A stretch of 64,000 bases of DNA from Ranitomeya imitator. Lineage: Eukaryota. The first letter of the stretch is position 1. Each line of letters begins with the position of its first letter. The position numbers and the translations under genes are program-made. Below the pieces are notes generated by a model. The model was not told the origin of the DNA, ran no database searches, and saw only the letters and a program-made list of their open reading frames with translations. The stretch spans positions 34,472,001 to 34,536,000 of the forward strand of contig NC_091289.1 of NCBI RefSeq assembly GCF_032444005.1. Reading direction: 5' to 3'. Below are positions 13,136-24,317 of this stretch, piece by piece.

Positions 13136-13590
13136 TCAAAACAATGGTATTGTCAGTGCCAGGCATTGAAGGATGTCAGCGCCTAGACTACACATTGGTG
13201 AAGCTGTGAGAGATAATTTTGCTAGTGGTAGAGCACTGTTTGAGCTGGGGGGGGAACTGGCTTGTGGCCGGCGGTACAGGCACAGGGCCCCTCATATTAC
13301 AACGGTGTGTCTGACGTTGGGTGCGCACCACCACCGCCAGAGACACTTTATTGTACTATGAGGGACCCAGTGGCAGTGCCGTCGACCAAAAGCGGCCACA
13401 CCCACCTCTTCAGACAAACAGCACTCTCAAGGGTCCAAGCGCAAAGTGGCGATAGCACGGCCCCGTGTGGGGAGTTTGGCCATTTCGTGAGGTGGAAACA
13501 TGTCGTATGCTGGACAATCAGGTGAAGAAAATTACGAGATTGGAAAAGTCATTCAGAATAGTCCACAGGCAAGACCTTTTCATAGGAAAG

Positions 13591-16500
13591 CTAGGTGTCA
13601 GCCGGGCAGGGTGGGGCAAAAGATTTTGAAATCCAGTTGTGGTTCATTTTAATGAAGGTTAGATCATCTACATTTTGGGTAGCCAGACGAGTCCTTTTTT
13701 CTGTTAGTATTGAACCTGCAGCACTGAATACTCTTTCTGATAGGACACTAGCTGCCGGGCAAGCAAGCTCCTGCAATGCATATTCTGCCAATTCTGGCCA
13801 GGTGTCTAATTTGGATGCCCAGTAATCAAATGGGAATGACGGTTGAGGGAGAACGTCGATAAGGGATGAAAAATAGTTTGTAACCATACTGGACAAATGT
13901 TGTCTCCTGTCACTTTGAATTGATGCTGCAGTACCTGTCCTGTCTGCGGTCATAGAAAAATCACTCCACAACCTGGTCAGAAAACCCCTCTGGCCAACGC
14001 CACTTCTGATTTCTGCCCCTCTAACACCTCTGGTCTGCTGGCCCCTGGAGCTCGTGTGAGAACGATCACGGGCGCTGTGTGCAGGGAATGCCAGAAGCAA
14101 ACGGTCAACAAGAGTTGATTGTTTTGTTGCTAATATTAGTTCCAAGTTCTCATGTGGCATAATATTTTGCAATTTGCCTTTATAGCGAGGATCAAGGAGG
14201 CAGGCCAACCAGTAATCGTCATCGTTCATCATTTTTGTAATGCGTGTGTCCCTTTTGAGGATACGCAAGGCATAATCCGCCATGTGGGCCAAAGTTCCCG
14301 TTGTCAAATCTGCGGTTGTGCTTGGTTGAGGGGCAGTTGCAGGCAAATCTACGTCACTTGTGTCCCTCAAAAAACCAGAACCCGGCCTTGCCACGCCACC
14401 AATTTCCCGTGCCCCCGGGAAAGCTTCCTCATTAAAAATATACTCATCCCCATCATCCTCCTCATCCTCCACCTCCTCTTCGCCCGGTACCTCGTCATGT
14501 ACACTGCCCTGACCAGACAATCGCTGACTGTCATCAAGGCTTTCCTCTTCCTCTGGTGCAGACGCCTGATCCTTTATGTGCGTCAAACTTTGCATCAGCA
14601 GACGCATTAGGGGGATGCTCATGCTTATTATGGCGTTGTCTGCACTAACCAGCCGTGTGCATTCCTCAAAACACTGAAGGACTTGACACATGTCTTGAAT
14701 CTTCGACCACTGCACACCTGACAACTCCATGTCTGCCATCCTACTGCCTGCCCGTGTATGTGTATCCTCCCACAAAAACATAACAGCCCGCCTCTGTTCG
14801 CACAGTCTCTGAAGCATGTGCAGTGTTGAGTTCCACCTTGTTGCAACGTCTATGATTAGGCGATGCTGGGGAAGGTTCAAAGAACGCTGATAGGTCTGCA
14901 TACGGCTGGAGTGTACAGGCGAACGGCGGATATGTGCGCAAAGTCCACGCACTTTGAGGAGCAGGTCGGATAACCCCGGATAACTTTTCAGGAAGCACTG
15001 CACCACCAGGTTTAAGGTGTGAGCCAGGCAAGGAATGTGTTTCAGTTGGGAAAGGGAGATGGCAGCCATGAAATTCCTTCCGTTATCACTCACTACCTTG
15101 CCTGCCTCAAGATCTACAGTGCCCAGCCACGACTGCGTTTCTTGCTGCAAGAACTCGGACAGAACTTCCGCGGTGTGTCTATTGTCGCCCAAACACTTCA
15201 TAGCCAATACAGCCTGCTGACGTATGCCAGTAGCTGCCCCATAATGGGAGACCTGGTGTGCAACAGTGGCAGGTGCGGATGGAGTGTTTGTGCGACTGCG
15301 GTCTGTGGACGAGCTCTTGCTTCTGCAGGAGGACGAGGAGGAGGAGGAGGAGGAGGGGGTGCGAACGGCTACAGACAACTGTTTACTAGACCGTGGGCTA
15401 GGCAGAACTGTCCCAAACTTGCTGTCCCTTGTGGACCCTGAATCCACCACATTTACCCAGTGTGCCGTGATGGACACGTAACGTCCCTGGCCATGCCTAC
15501 TGGTCCATGCATCTGTTGTCAGGTGCACCTTTGTGCTCACAGATTGCCTGAGTGCATGGACGATGCGCTCTTTAACATGCTGGTGGAGGGCTGGGATGGC
15601 TTTTCTGGAAAAAAAGTGTCGACTGGGTAGCTCGTAGCGTGGTACAGCGTAGTCCATCAGGTCTTTGAAAGCTTCGCTTTCAACTAACCGGTAGGGCATC
15701 ATCTCTAACGAGATTAGTCTAGCTATGTGGGCGTTCAAACCCTGTGTACGCGGATGCGAGGCTAAGTACTTCCTTTTTCTAACCATAGTCTCATGTAGGG
15801 TGAGCTGGACTGGAGAGATGGAGATCGTGGAACTAGCGGGGGTGCCGGTGGACATGGCAGACTGAGAGACGGTGGGAGATGGTATTGTTGCCGCCGGTGC
15901 CCTAGATGCAGTGTTTCCTACTACGAAACTGGTGATTCCCTGACCCTGACTGCTTTGGCCTGGCAAAGATACCTGCACAGATACAGCAGGTGGTGCGCTA
16001 AATGGTGGTCCTACACTGCCGGAAGGGATGTTGCGTTGATGACTAGCTTCATTGGCCGAGGGTGCAACAACCTTAAGGGACATTTGGTAGTTAGTCCAAG
16101 CTTTCAAATGCATGGTGGTTAAATGTCTATGCATGCAACTAGTATTGAGACTTTTCAGATTCTGACCTCTGCTTAAGGAAGTAGAACATTTTTGACAGAT
16201 GACTTTGCGCTGATCAATTGGATGTTGTTTAAAAAAATGCCAGACTGCACTCTTTCTAGCATCGGATACCTTTTCAGGCATTGCAGACTGAGCTTTAACC
16301 GGATGGCCACGCTGTCCTCCACCAGGTTTTGGCTTTGCCACGCGTTTTGGGCAAGATACGGGCCCGGCAGATGGAACCTGTGGCGATGTTGATGCCTGCT
16401 GCGGCCCCTCCTCCTCCTCTGCTTCAGAACTGCTGCCGCCTGCACCCTGTTCCCCCAATGGCTGCCTATCGGGGTCAAGAACTGGGTCATCTAATAACTC

Positions 16501-17169
16501 TTCTTGTACCTCCTGCGCAACTTCGTCTGTGTCACCGTGTCGTTCGGTGGTATAGCGTTCGTGATGGGGCAACATAGTCTCATCAGGGTCTGATTCTTGA
16601 TCAGCACCCTGCGAGGGCAATGTTGTGGTCTGAGTCAAAGGACCAGCATAGTAGTCTGGCTGTGGCTGTGCGTCAGTGCACTCCATGTCAGATTCAATTT
16701 GTAATGGGCATGGACTGTTAACTGCTTCACTTTCTAAGCCAGGGACGGTATGTGTAAAGAGCTCCATGGAGTAACCCGTTGTGTCGCCTGCTGCATTCTT
16801 CTCTGTTGTTGTTTTTGCTGAAGAGGACAAGGAAGTGACTTGTCCCTGACCGTGAACATCCACTAACGACGCGCTGCTTTTACTTTTACCAGTTTCACGA
16901 GAGGAGGCAAAAGAGCTAGAGGCTGAGTCAGCAAGATAAGCCAAAACTTGCTCTTGCTGCTCCGGCTTTAAAAGCGGTTTTCCTAATCCCAGAAAAGGGA
17001 GCGTTCGAGGCCTTGTGTAGCCGGACGACGAACCTGGCTCCACAGCTCCAGACTTAGGTGCAATATTTTTTTCCCCACGACCACCTGATGCTCCACCACT
17101 ACCACTACCCTCATTACCAGCTGACAATGAACGCCCCCGGCCACGACCTCTTCCACTAGACTTCCTCAT
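13591..17169 (-). CDS. hAT transposase, 1192 aa, ZBED-like: BED finger, DDE core, CxxH, C-terminal dimerisation domain
   Basis: BED motif AVWHFF...CQKC...HRHLTTMH, plus TTDAWTS, SDNGRN, CLAH, TRWNST, SERVFS and YWASK...ELA. Uninterrupted ORF. Confidence 0.93.
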   Translation of the reverse strand: MRKSSGRGRGRGRSLSAGNEGSGSGGASGGRGEKNIAPKSGAVEPGSSSGYTRPRTLPFLGLGKPLLKPEQQEQVLAYLADSASSSFASSRETGKSKSSASLVDVHGQGQVTSLSSSAKTTTEKNAAGDTTGYSMELFTHTVPGLESEAVNSPCPLQIESDMECTDAQPQPDYYAGPLTQTTTLPSQGADQESDPDETMLPHHERYTTERHGDTDEVAQEVQEELLDDPVLDPDRQPLGEQGAGGSSSEAEEEEGPQQASTSPQVPSAGPVSCPKRVAKPKPGGGQRGHPVKAQSAMPEKVSDARKSAVWHFFKQHPIDQRKVICQKCSTSLSRGQNLKSLNTSCMHRHLTTMHLKAWTNYQMSLKVVAPSANEASHQRNIPSGSVGPPFSAPPAVSVQVSLPGQSSQGQGITSFVVGNTASRAPAATIPSPTVSQSAMSTGTPASSTISISPVQLTLHETMVRKRKYLASHPRTQGLNAHIARLISLEMMPYRLVESEAFKDLMDYAVPRYELPSRHFFSRKAIPALHQHVKERIVHALRQSVSTKVHLTTDAWTSRHGQGRYVSITAHWVNVVDSGSTRDSKFGTVLPSPRSSKQLSVAVRTPSSSSSSSSSCRSKSSSTDRSRTNTPSAPATVAHQVSHYGAATGIRQQAVLAMKCLGDNRHTAEVLSEFLQQETQSWLGTVDLEAGKVVSDNGRNFMAAISLSQLKHIPCLAHTLNLVVQCFLKSYPGLSDLLLKVRGLCAHIRRSPVHSSRMQTYQRSLNLPQHRLIIDVATRWNSTLHMLQRLCEQRRAVMFLWEDTHTRAGSRMADMELSGVQWSKIQDMCQVLQCFEECTRLVSADNAIISMSIPLMRLLMQSLTHIKDQASAPEEEESLDDSQRLSGQGSVHDEVPGEEEVEDEEDDGDEYIFNEEAFPGAREIGGVARPGSGFLRDTSDVDLPATAPQPSTTADLTTGTLAHMADYALRILKRDTRITKMMNDDDYWLACLLDPRYKGKLQNIMPHENLELILATKQSTLVDRLLLAFPAHSARDRSHTSSRGQQTRGVRGAEIRSGVGQRGFLTRLWSDFSMTADRTGTAASIQSDRRQHLSSMVTNYFSSLIDVLPQPSFPFDYWASKLDTWPELAEYALQELACPAASVLSERVFSAAGSILTEKRTRLATQNVDDLTFIKMNHNWISKSFAPPCPADT

Positions 17170-17329
17170 TGTTTTAAAAACGTAACCAAACTAACGTTAT
17201 TTGTTGCAGTCACACAACTTACACGGTGAGCTATAACTTCAGTATGATTTAGCTACCCCTTTACAGGTTGGTGAGACCACAGCGAAAATCAGGCCCAATG
17301 TTACACACTCTTTTTTTGGTGGCTGCAAA

Positions 17330-18990
17330 TTAGAGAGATGCCCCACACGCAGGACTGTCACTGAAGCACAAATGTTAATATTAATGTCACACTATTATTT
17401 TTTTTTTATTTTTATTTTTTTCAGGAACACTTTAGAAACCCCCCCCAAAAAAAAACATTGATTTTTGCAGGGAGAATTTAGAAAACAAATGTAACAAACT
17501 ATATGCTTTCTATGGGCCACTGAGTGAGAGATGACGCACACAGGAATCAGGAGTGGCACACAAGCCCAGAGGCCAATATTTTTCTACCAATGATTGATGG
17601 AGTTATTTTCTCTGGTAGATTTTGGAACCCAAATCAAGGAAAAAAAATATAGGCTTTCTATGGACCACAATTGGAGAGAGAGAGAGAGAGAGAGAGATGG
17701 CACACCCAGGAGTCAAGACTGGCACACAAGCAGAAAGGCCAATATTAATCTCCCACTGTTTTTTTTGGTTGATTTTTTTTTTTTTTTTTCAGGGAGACTT
17801 TAGAAAAAAAAATAATAAAAAAAATATGATTTTATCAGGAAGAATTTAGAAACCAAATAAAATAAAATGATTTTTTCAGGGAGAATTTATAAAACAAATA
17901 AAACCAAAAATAGGCGTTCTATGGCCCACTGACTAAGAGAGAGAGAGAGAGATGGAACGCTTAGTACTGGCACACAAGCCCAAAGGGCAATATTAATCTC
18001 CCTTTTTTTTTCCAGGGAGAATTTCTAAAACCCCCCCAAAAAAAAAAATAGGCTTTCTATGGCCCACTATTTGTGAGAGAGATGGGACGCTCAGGACTGG
18101 CACAGATGGCACGCTCAGGACTGGCACAGAAGCCCAGAGGCCAATATTAATCTCCCTTTTTTTCTGGGAGAATTTATAAAACCAAAAAAATATTTAAATA
18201 GGCTTTCTATGGCCCACTATTTGTGAGAGAGATGGCACGCTCAGGACTGGCACAGATGGCACGCTCACAACTGGCACACAAGCCCAGAGGCCAATATTAA
18301 TCTCCCTTTTTTCAGGGAAAATTTATAAAACCAAAAAAAAAATTAAATAGGCTTTCTATGGCCCACTATTTGTGAGAGAGATGGCACGCTCAGGACTGGC
18401 ACAGATGGCACGCTCACAACTGGCACACAAGCCCAGAGGCCAATATTAATCTCCCTTTTTTCAGGGAAAATTTATAAAACAAAAAAAAAAATTAAATAGG
18501 CTTTCTATGGCCCACTATTTGTGAGAGAGATGGCACGCTCAGGACTGGCACAGATGGCACGCTCACAACTGGCACACAAGCCCAGAGGCCAATATTAATC
18601 TCCCTTTTTTTCAGGGAGAATTTATAAAACCAAAAAAAAAATTAAATAGGCTTTCTATGGCCCACTATTTGTGAGAGAGATGGCACGCTCAGGGCTGGCA
18701 CAGATGGCACGCTCAGGACTGGCACACAAGCCCAGAGGCCAATATTAATCTCCCTTTTTTTCAGGGAGAATTTATAAAACCCAAAAAAAAATAAAATAGG
18801 CTTTCTATGGCCCACTATTTGTGAGAGAGATGGCACACTCAGGACTGGCACACAAGCCCAAAGGCCAATATTAATCTCCCACTGTATTTTTATCAGGGAG
18901 AATTTATACACCCCACAAAAAAAAATACAGAAAAATGAAAAGGCTTTCTATGGCCCACTATGTGAGAGAGATGGCACACACAGGGATGGC
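17330..18990. repeat. ~150-bp tandem array inside hAT, upstream of transposase
   Basis: TAGGCTTTCTATGGCCCACT recurs at 149-150-bp spacing (18049, 18199, 18348, 18497, 18647, 18797), with degenerate flanking copies. Confidence 0.9.
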
Positions 18991-19525
18991 ACTCTAGCAG
19001 AAATGCCAAATTGCCAATCTTAATCTCCCACCAAAAAAAAAAAAAAAAAAAACACAGGGAATGTCCTACAATTACTATCTCCCTGCCTGCAGTAATCTCA
19101 GCCAGGTATGGCAGGCAGCTACTATCTCCCTGCCTGCAGTAATCTCAGCCAGGTATGGCAGGCAGCAATAAGGAGTGGACTGATGCACAAATGAAATAAA
19201 AAGTGTGGACAAACAAAAAAGATAGCTGTGCAGAAAGGAAGGAACAAGAGGATTTGTGCTTTGAAAAAAGCAGTTGGTTTGCACAGCGGCGTACACACAG
19301 CAATGCAGCTATCAGGGAGCCTTCTAGGGCAGCCCAATGAGCTACAGCGCTGAGGGGAAAAAAAAAAAAAAAAAACTTCCACTGTCCCTGCACACCGAGG
19401 GTGGTGTTGGACAGTGCAAATCGCTGCAGCACAAGCGGTTTTGTGGTTAATGGACCCTGCCTAACGCTATCCCTGCTTCTGACAAAGCGGCAGCAACCTC
19501 TCCCTAAGCTCAGATCAGCAGCAGT

Positions 19526-19670
19526 AAGATGGCGGTCGGCGGGAACGCCTCTTTATAGCCCCTGTGACGTCGCAGACAGCAAGCCAATCACTGCAATGCC
19601 CTTCTCTAAGATGGTGGGGACCAGGACCTATGTCATCACGCTGCCCACACTCTGCGTTTACCTTCATTGG
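19526..19670 (-). promoter_or_regulatory. Putative Pol II promoter of the hAT transposase
   Basis: In transcription order on the minus strand: CCAAT (19666-70), CCAAT on + (19584-88), CRE-like TGACGTC (19565-71), TATAAAG (19551-57), YY1 motif CCGCCATCTT (19526-35). Confidence 0.55.
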
Positions 19671-19928
19671 CTGAGAAATGGCGCTTTTCGCGTCATTGAA
19701 ACGCGACTTTGGCGCGAAAGTCGCGTACCGCATGGCCGACCCCGCACAGGGGTCGGATCGGGTTTCATGAAACCCCGACTTAGCCAAAAGTCGGCGACTT
19801 TTGAAAATGTTCGACCCGTTTCGCTCAACCCTACTGTTCAGTATAATTAAAATATAAAATAAATTTTTCTAATGATCATAATTTTTTTATTTCATTCCCA
19901 AATCAGCAAATTACCGCGCTCCACCCTG

Positions 19929-20456
19929 TACTTTACGAAAAGTATCAACAAAGGTGGAGAGTTGGGAAACAAGAGGATCATCCCACTCCCAAAGAGGATT
20001 AACCCACGCCAAAGCCTCACCCTCTTTGTGACAGATTACAAAAGCCACTTTAGAACGGTCCGTGGGATACTGCATGGGAAGTAACTCAAAATGAAGCTGG
20101 CATTGGTTTAAAAACCCTCTGCACAATTTAGGATCCCCACTATAGCGAGGAGGTTTAGCCAGATGGGGAGGTGGGTGAGGAGCCAAAGCCTGAGAGGGAA
20201 CGGGAGCTGAAGACTGGAGGGCACAAAAGCGATCATCCACAGAAGCCATAAAATTAAGAATATGAGCTTGAGTGTCACGCTGTTGGGCCAGCTCCTGTTG
20301 GAGACTTGCTAACTGAGAGGTGCTCCCAGGATCGGAGGCCTGCAGGGATGAGAGTCGGGACTCCATGGACTTCAAGAAGGACAAAATCCTGGACTGATTC
20401 TCCCAGAGGAATAATAATTCCTTCTTAGTAGGAGTCGGGGTAGCAGCGGGGTGCAT
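19929..20456 (-). pseudogene. Gypsy gag, N-terminal part
   Basis: MHPAA...PPRYSGDPKLCRGFLNQC...AWVNPLW...FVDTFRKV, cut at the mariner TA site. Confidence 0.9.
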
Positions 20457-20469
20457 GGCCTGTTTGTAC

Positions 20470-21271
20470 TGTGAAGTTTTAAGGAACTTAAGAGCGAACC
20501 CGCAGATCCATGACAATGAACCTCCCAAGGGTGAGCTGACCAGGTAGACCACCCCCTATACAGGGAGCATTAGGGGCAGGCCCAAGGGAGACTGTTGCCA
20601 AAAAGGCGGGGACCCGGAAACAGGTAGAAGGAGGTACTAAATAAAGATGCTAAGCAAAGGATGGACAGTACAGATTGGTACTAGCAGGGTACAGGAGAAA
20701 CCAAGGGAGCACTGGGAAGAGGGGACACCAAGGAAGCAGGACAGGACAGAGACGCCAGACGGACGGAATACATGGAACACACTAGGAAGACTGGCCTGGA
20801 CAAGGAAGCCTAGGAAAGGCAACGAAGCAAGGCTAACTGAACAAAGCAGAAACTCTGGAGAGGCAATGCAGAGACATAAGTGGACCTGGGTCACAGAAAC
20901 ACAAATGATAAACAGGTAAAGAGCAGAGGAAGGAATTACCTTATATACATGACGTGCTGAAGGTCTTCCAGGTCAGAGTCCCCCCAGGATCATAGAGAAA
21001 AAAGGTATGGAGCGCCTGTAGTTCAGAAAAGAGAGGTGCGCGTGCGCAAAGAGGTGCTGGATCGAGGAGTGCGCATGCGCACCCGCCAAGAACCAGGAAG
21101 AGGACGTGCACCTGCAGGAGGAGCGCGCCGCTGTGGGTGAGAAGAAGAGGAGGAGACGGCGGCGGACTCAGCAGCTAGAGGAACAGGAGGAGCGCGCCGG
21201 AGCAGGTAAGTATGAGCTGGAGCGGCGGTAGTCCCGGCAGCAGATACAGTGAGAGGAAAGGTGCCGTGACA
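20470..21271 (-). repeat. Gypsy 5' LTR (~802 bp, TGTCACGG...CTTCACA)
   Basis: TG...CA termini, directly followed by GTACAAACAGGCC and the gag ATG (20456). Its first ~120 bp match 4051-4167. Confidence 0.85.
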
Positions 21272-21273
21272 GT

Positions 21274-21936
21274 GACTAGGGAATTTGAACTCAGTTTCCC
21301 AAAGATGTGATTAACAACAGTTAATTTATGTTTTAGAGGGGGTTGGCAATCACTTTTTCACACAGGGACCTTTAGGTTTGGATTTCTTTTTTCCTTAATA
21401 ATAAAGACCTTTATTTAAAAACTGCATTTTGTGCTTACTTGTGTTATCTTTGTCTAATATTTAAATTTGTTTGGTGATCTTTCCAGGCTGATATATCTCA
21501 ATTTCTTAGTTTCTCATTTGTTCTAGAATTTCTTTGGATCACGGCAAGATGTCAATCTTTTGAGGATCTTTTGGCATACTTCACTTCGTCATGCAGGTCG
21601 TATTTAAGTGATTCCTTGACTGAGAACAGTTGTGACATTAATCATGCCTGGGTGTGGCTAGGGTATTTGAACTCAGTTTCCCAAAGATGTGATAAACCAC
21701 AGTTAATTTATGCTTTAGAGGCGGATGGGCAATCACTTATTCACACAGGGCCCTGTAGGTGTGGATTTCTTTTACCCTTAATTATAAAGACCTTCTATTA
21801 AAAACTGCATTTTGTTTTTACCTTTGTTATCTTTGTCTAATATTTAAATTTGTTTCGTGATCTAAAACATTTCAGTGTGACAAACATGTAAAAGGATTGG
21901 AAATCAGGAAGGGACAAAATCTTTTTCACAAAACTG
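21274..21936. mobile_element. Tc1-like non-autonomous remnant with ~205-bp internal direct duplication
   Basis: 21274-21480 resembles 21655-21862. Ends ...TTTTCACAAAACTG|TA, like a Tc1 right end. Confidence 0.5.
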
Positions 21937-21945
21937 TATGTGTAA

Positions 21946-22755
21946 GGCCAGTCTCACACGTCCAGATAATTCCGGTACCGAAAAAATCTGTACCGGAATC
22001 ATCCATGTCCGTGTGTCCGTGTGCTTACATTGAACATCAGTGTGGCACACATGTGGCAGCCGTGTGCCGCCCGTGTGCTGACTAAGGACCACACGGACCG
22101 TGCAGGAGACAGCGCTAGAGTTAAGCGCTGTCCCCTGCGTGCGGTGCTGAAGCCGGTATTCATCCCTTCTTCCCAGCAGCGTTCGCTGGTAAGAAGGAAT
22201 GAATAATCTTTTTTTAAATTTTTTTTTGTTTTTAAAACAAAGTTGCCGGTAATCTGACCCCTCCCACCCCCTGTGCGCCCCCCCCCCCCCCCCCCGCTGG
22301 CATTAAAATACTTACCCAGCTCCCTCGGCGCTTACATCCTCTCAGCGTCGCAGCTCTTCCTGTATGAGCGGTCACGTGGTGCCGCTTATTACAGTAATGA
22401 ATATGCGGCTCCACCCCTATGGGAGGTGGAGCCGCATATTCATCACTGTAATGTGCGGCACCACGTGACCGCTCATACAGGACAAGCAGCAACGTGTCCA
22501 TCTTCTCCATTCAGTCAGTCCATGGAAATCGGACTGCGCTCAGATGTCATCCGAGTGCAGTCCGATGTTTCCAATGGACCCATTGCTTAGTGTGATCCGA
22601 ATATCAGATCAAACTCGAGCATCTAGTAATTTTTTTCATCGGACTGGCTCAGTCCAAAGAAAAAATCTGGAATGTGCAAGGCTCCAGAGAATAACATTGG
22701 TCCGAGTGCAATCCGATGTTTTGTTGTATCCCACTTGGACCATGTGCACGAGCCC
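21946..22755. mobile_element. PIF/Harbinger-type MITE
   Basis: TAA on both sides, imperfect GGC..CACAC TIRs and internal palindromes. Confidence 0.6.
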
Positions 22756-23212
22756 TAACATGGGATTATTAGAAGACCCTGTAAACATTAGATTATGTGC
22801 TGATTTTGACTAAACAAACTATGACTCCTTCCATGTGACATCCCTGTATGTTACGTCATTTATGGCAAATGTCAGCTTCGACAGCCAGGATCAGAGATAT
22901 CTCCAATCTGGACAATTTAATTTATTGAATGTCACTGTCAATAGCAGTCGTGGCATCCAAGCCAACTCATCACAATTGCCGGATGCCAATGGGTTGTAAT
23001 GGCAGGAGTTCTGCAGTGCAATTTAAAAGTGAATAATCATTGATTTAAGTCTCGTGGTGTGACTCAAGATATAAAACTCCATTTTCCCAAAAAAAATTTA
23101 AAAAAATTATCATTGCGATGTCTGTAAATGTAGAAGCTATTCAAATAAAATGTCTTTCGTTCTCAATGATAAATTCTAAATAAACAAATAACAAAATAAT
23201 AATAATAATTAT

Positions 23213-23259
<47 letters not shown>

Positions 23260-23266
23260 CATATAT

Positions 23267-23748
23267 ACAGCGCCCCAGGGTCCTGGTCGTTGCAGTAATA
23301 TCGTTCTTCCACCAGGGTAGAGTGATGTTACGTCTGATGGCAATAAAGGAGATCCCCTTACCAGTTATCACAAACTACACAACACACTTCACACTACAGG
23401 CCGCAAGGGGGAGCCATGCTTCTATCTATTAGGGCACTCCTCACAATTAGGTAAAACTGGTAGTCTGGACAGAAAGTTAGACAGAAGCTGGCGGGAGTGA
23501 GAGGGAGCCAGATGCAGACTGAGGTCTGCAGAGGACGAGGGTCCATGGAGCTGCGCCTGCCCCACGTGCAGCAGCATCCTAAGAAAGAGACGTCAGGAGG
23601 GAATTTTCTTGTAGTGAGTGAGAAACGAAGTCATAGCACAAGGAGAGGAAACCAGAAGGAGTTCTGCCCTGCAACAGGCTGCCTCCTTCTGAGGTGCAGA
23701 ATCCGGAAGCCGGAACACCGAGGGAGTCATCGTCTCTAAGCCTGGCTC
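23267..23748. mobile_element. LTR-like fragment embedded in (TA)n
   Basis: Starts AGCGCCCCAGGGTCCTGGTCG, resembling an LTR start lacking TG. (TA)n on both sides. Confidence 0.4.
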
Positions 23749-24317
23749 CATATATATATATATATAAATTATTATTGCTGTAATCCTAATGACCTGTAAA
23801 ATAAAGTCAAAGGGGACCAGTCAGCAGGACAAAAGTGGCAACTTTTTTCTCTTATTTTATTCCTGCTGCTCCTTTTATTATTACTTTAAAAAAAAAAAAA
23901 ATCTACCCTACAGTTTCAAAAATATGGCCCTTTTGTATTGAGGAAAATAATGAAGCCTAAAGACACCCCCCCAGAAAATCTATAAGACACACCCCCTTGG
24001 TAAAGAACATAAAACTTGCAGTGAATAAAAATGGTCAAATCCCTGGAAGAGTATGGCGGTGTACTCAGAGGAACAGCAGGAATAAAATAAGAGCAGACAG
24101 TGGTCACTTTTGACCTCGTGACGGATCCTGATATTTTTCGCACACGATGAATTAGAATAGAAAGTTGACTTTAAAAAGAATGACGCAGTTGCTTTTCTTT
24201 TAATCCAATCCCACAAATATTTATTTTTCATTTTTCATACGGTAAAAATATTACAGTAAAACAAAAGCTGCTATCTTGATAAGAAAATGTAAAAGGTTAT
24301 AGCCTTTAGTAAGCTGG

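Larger units (their letters stand above)
8591..19833 (-). mobile_element. Large hAT DNA transposon (11,243 bp)
   Basis: TIR TAGAGTTGAGCGA / TCGCTCAACCCTA (1 mismatch), perfect 8-bp TSD CTGTTCAG (8583-8590, 19834-19841), and an internal transposase ORF. Confidence 0.96.
7881..19928 (+). mobile_element. Internally deleted Tc1/mariner element (~0.8 kb own sequence; rosa/Visitor-like N-terminus), interrupted by hAT
   Basis: Perfect 24-bp TIR CAGGGTGGAGCGCGGTAATTTGCT and TA duplication (7879-80, 19929-30). HTH N-terminus MQWTREERSFCVEAYF... and C-terminus LEDLRNNIEAEIGRIP...CVDSEGRHL are present; the catalytic core is missing. Confidence 0.9.
4051..21271 (-). mobile_element. Ty3/Gypsy chromovirus-type LTR retrotransposon, degenerate, interrupted at 7881-19928
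   Basis: 5' LTR, gag, PR, RT, RNase H, IN, chromodomain, PPT and partial 3' LTR occur in order on the minus strand. Many stops and frameshifts. Confidence 0.95.

Noticed and set aside
13591-17169. Host ZBED-family gene interpretation
   Set aside because: The ORF lies between TIRs with a perfect 8-bp TSD and is nested in other elements, so it is a transposon gene.
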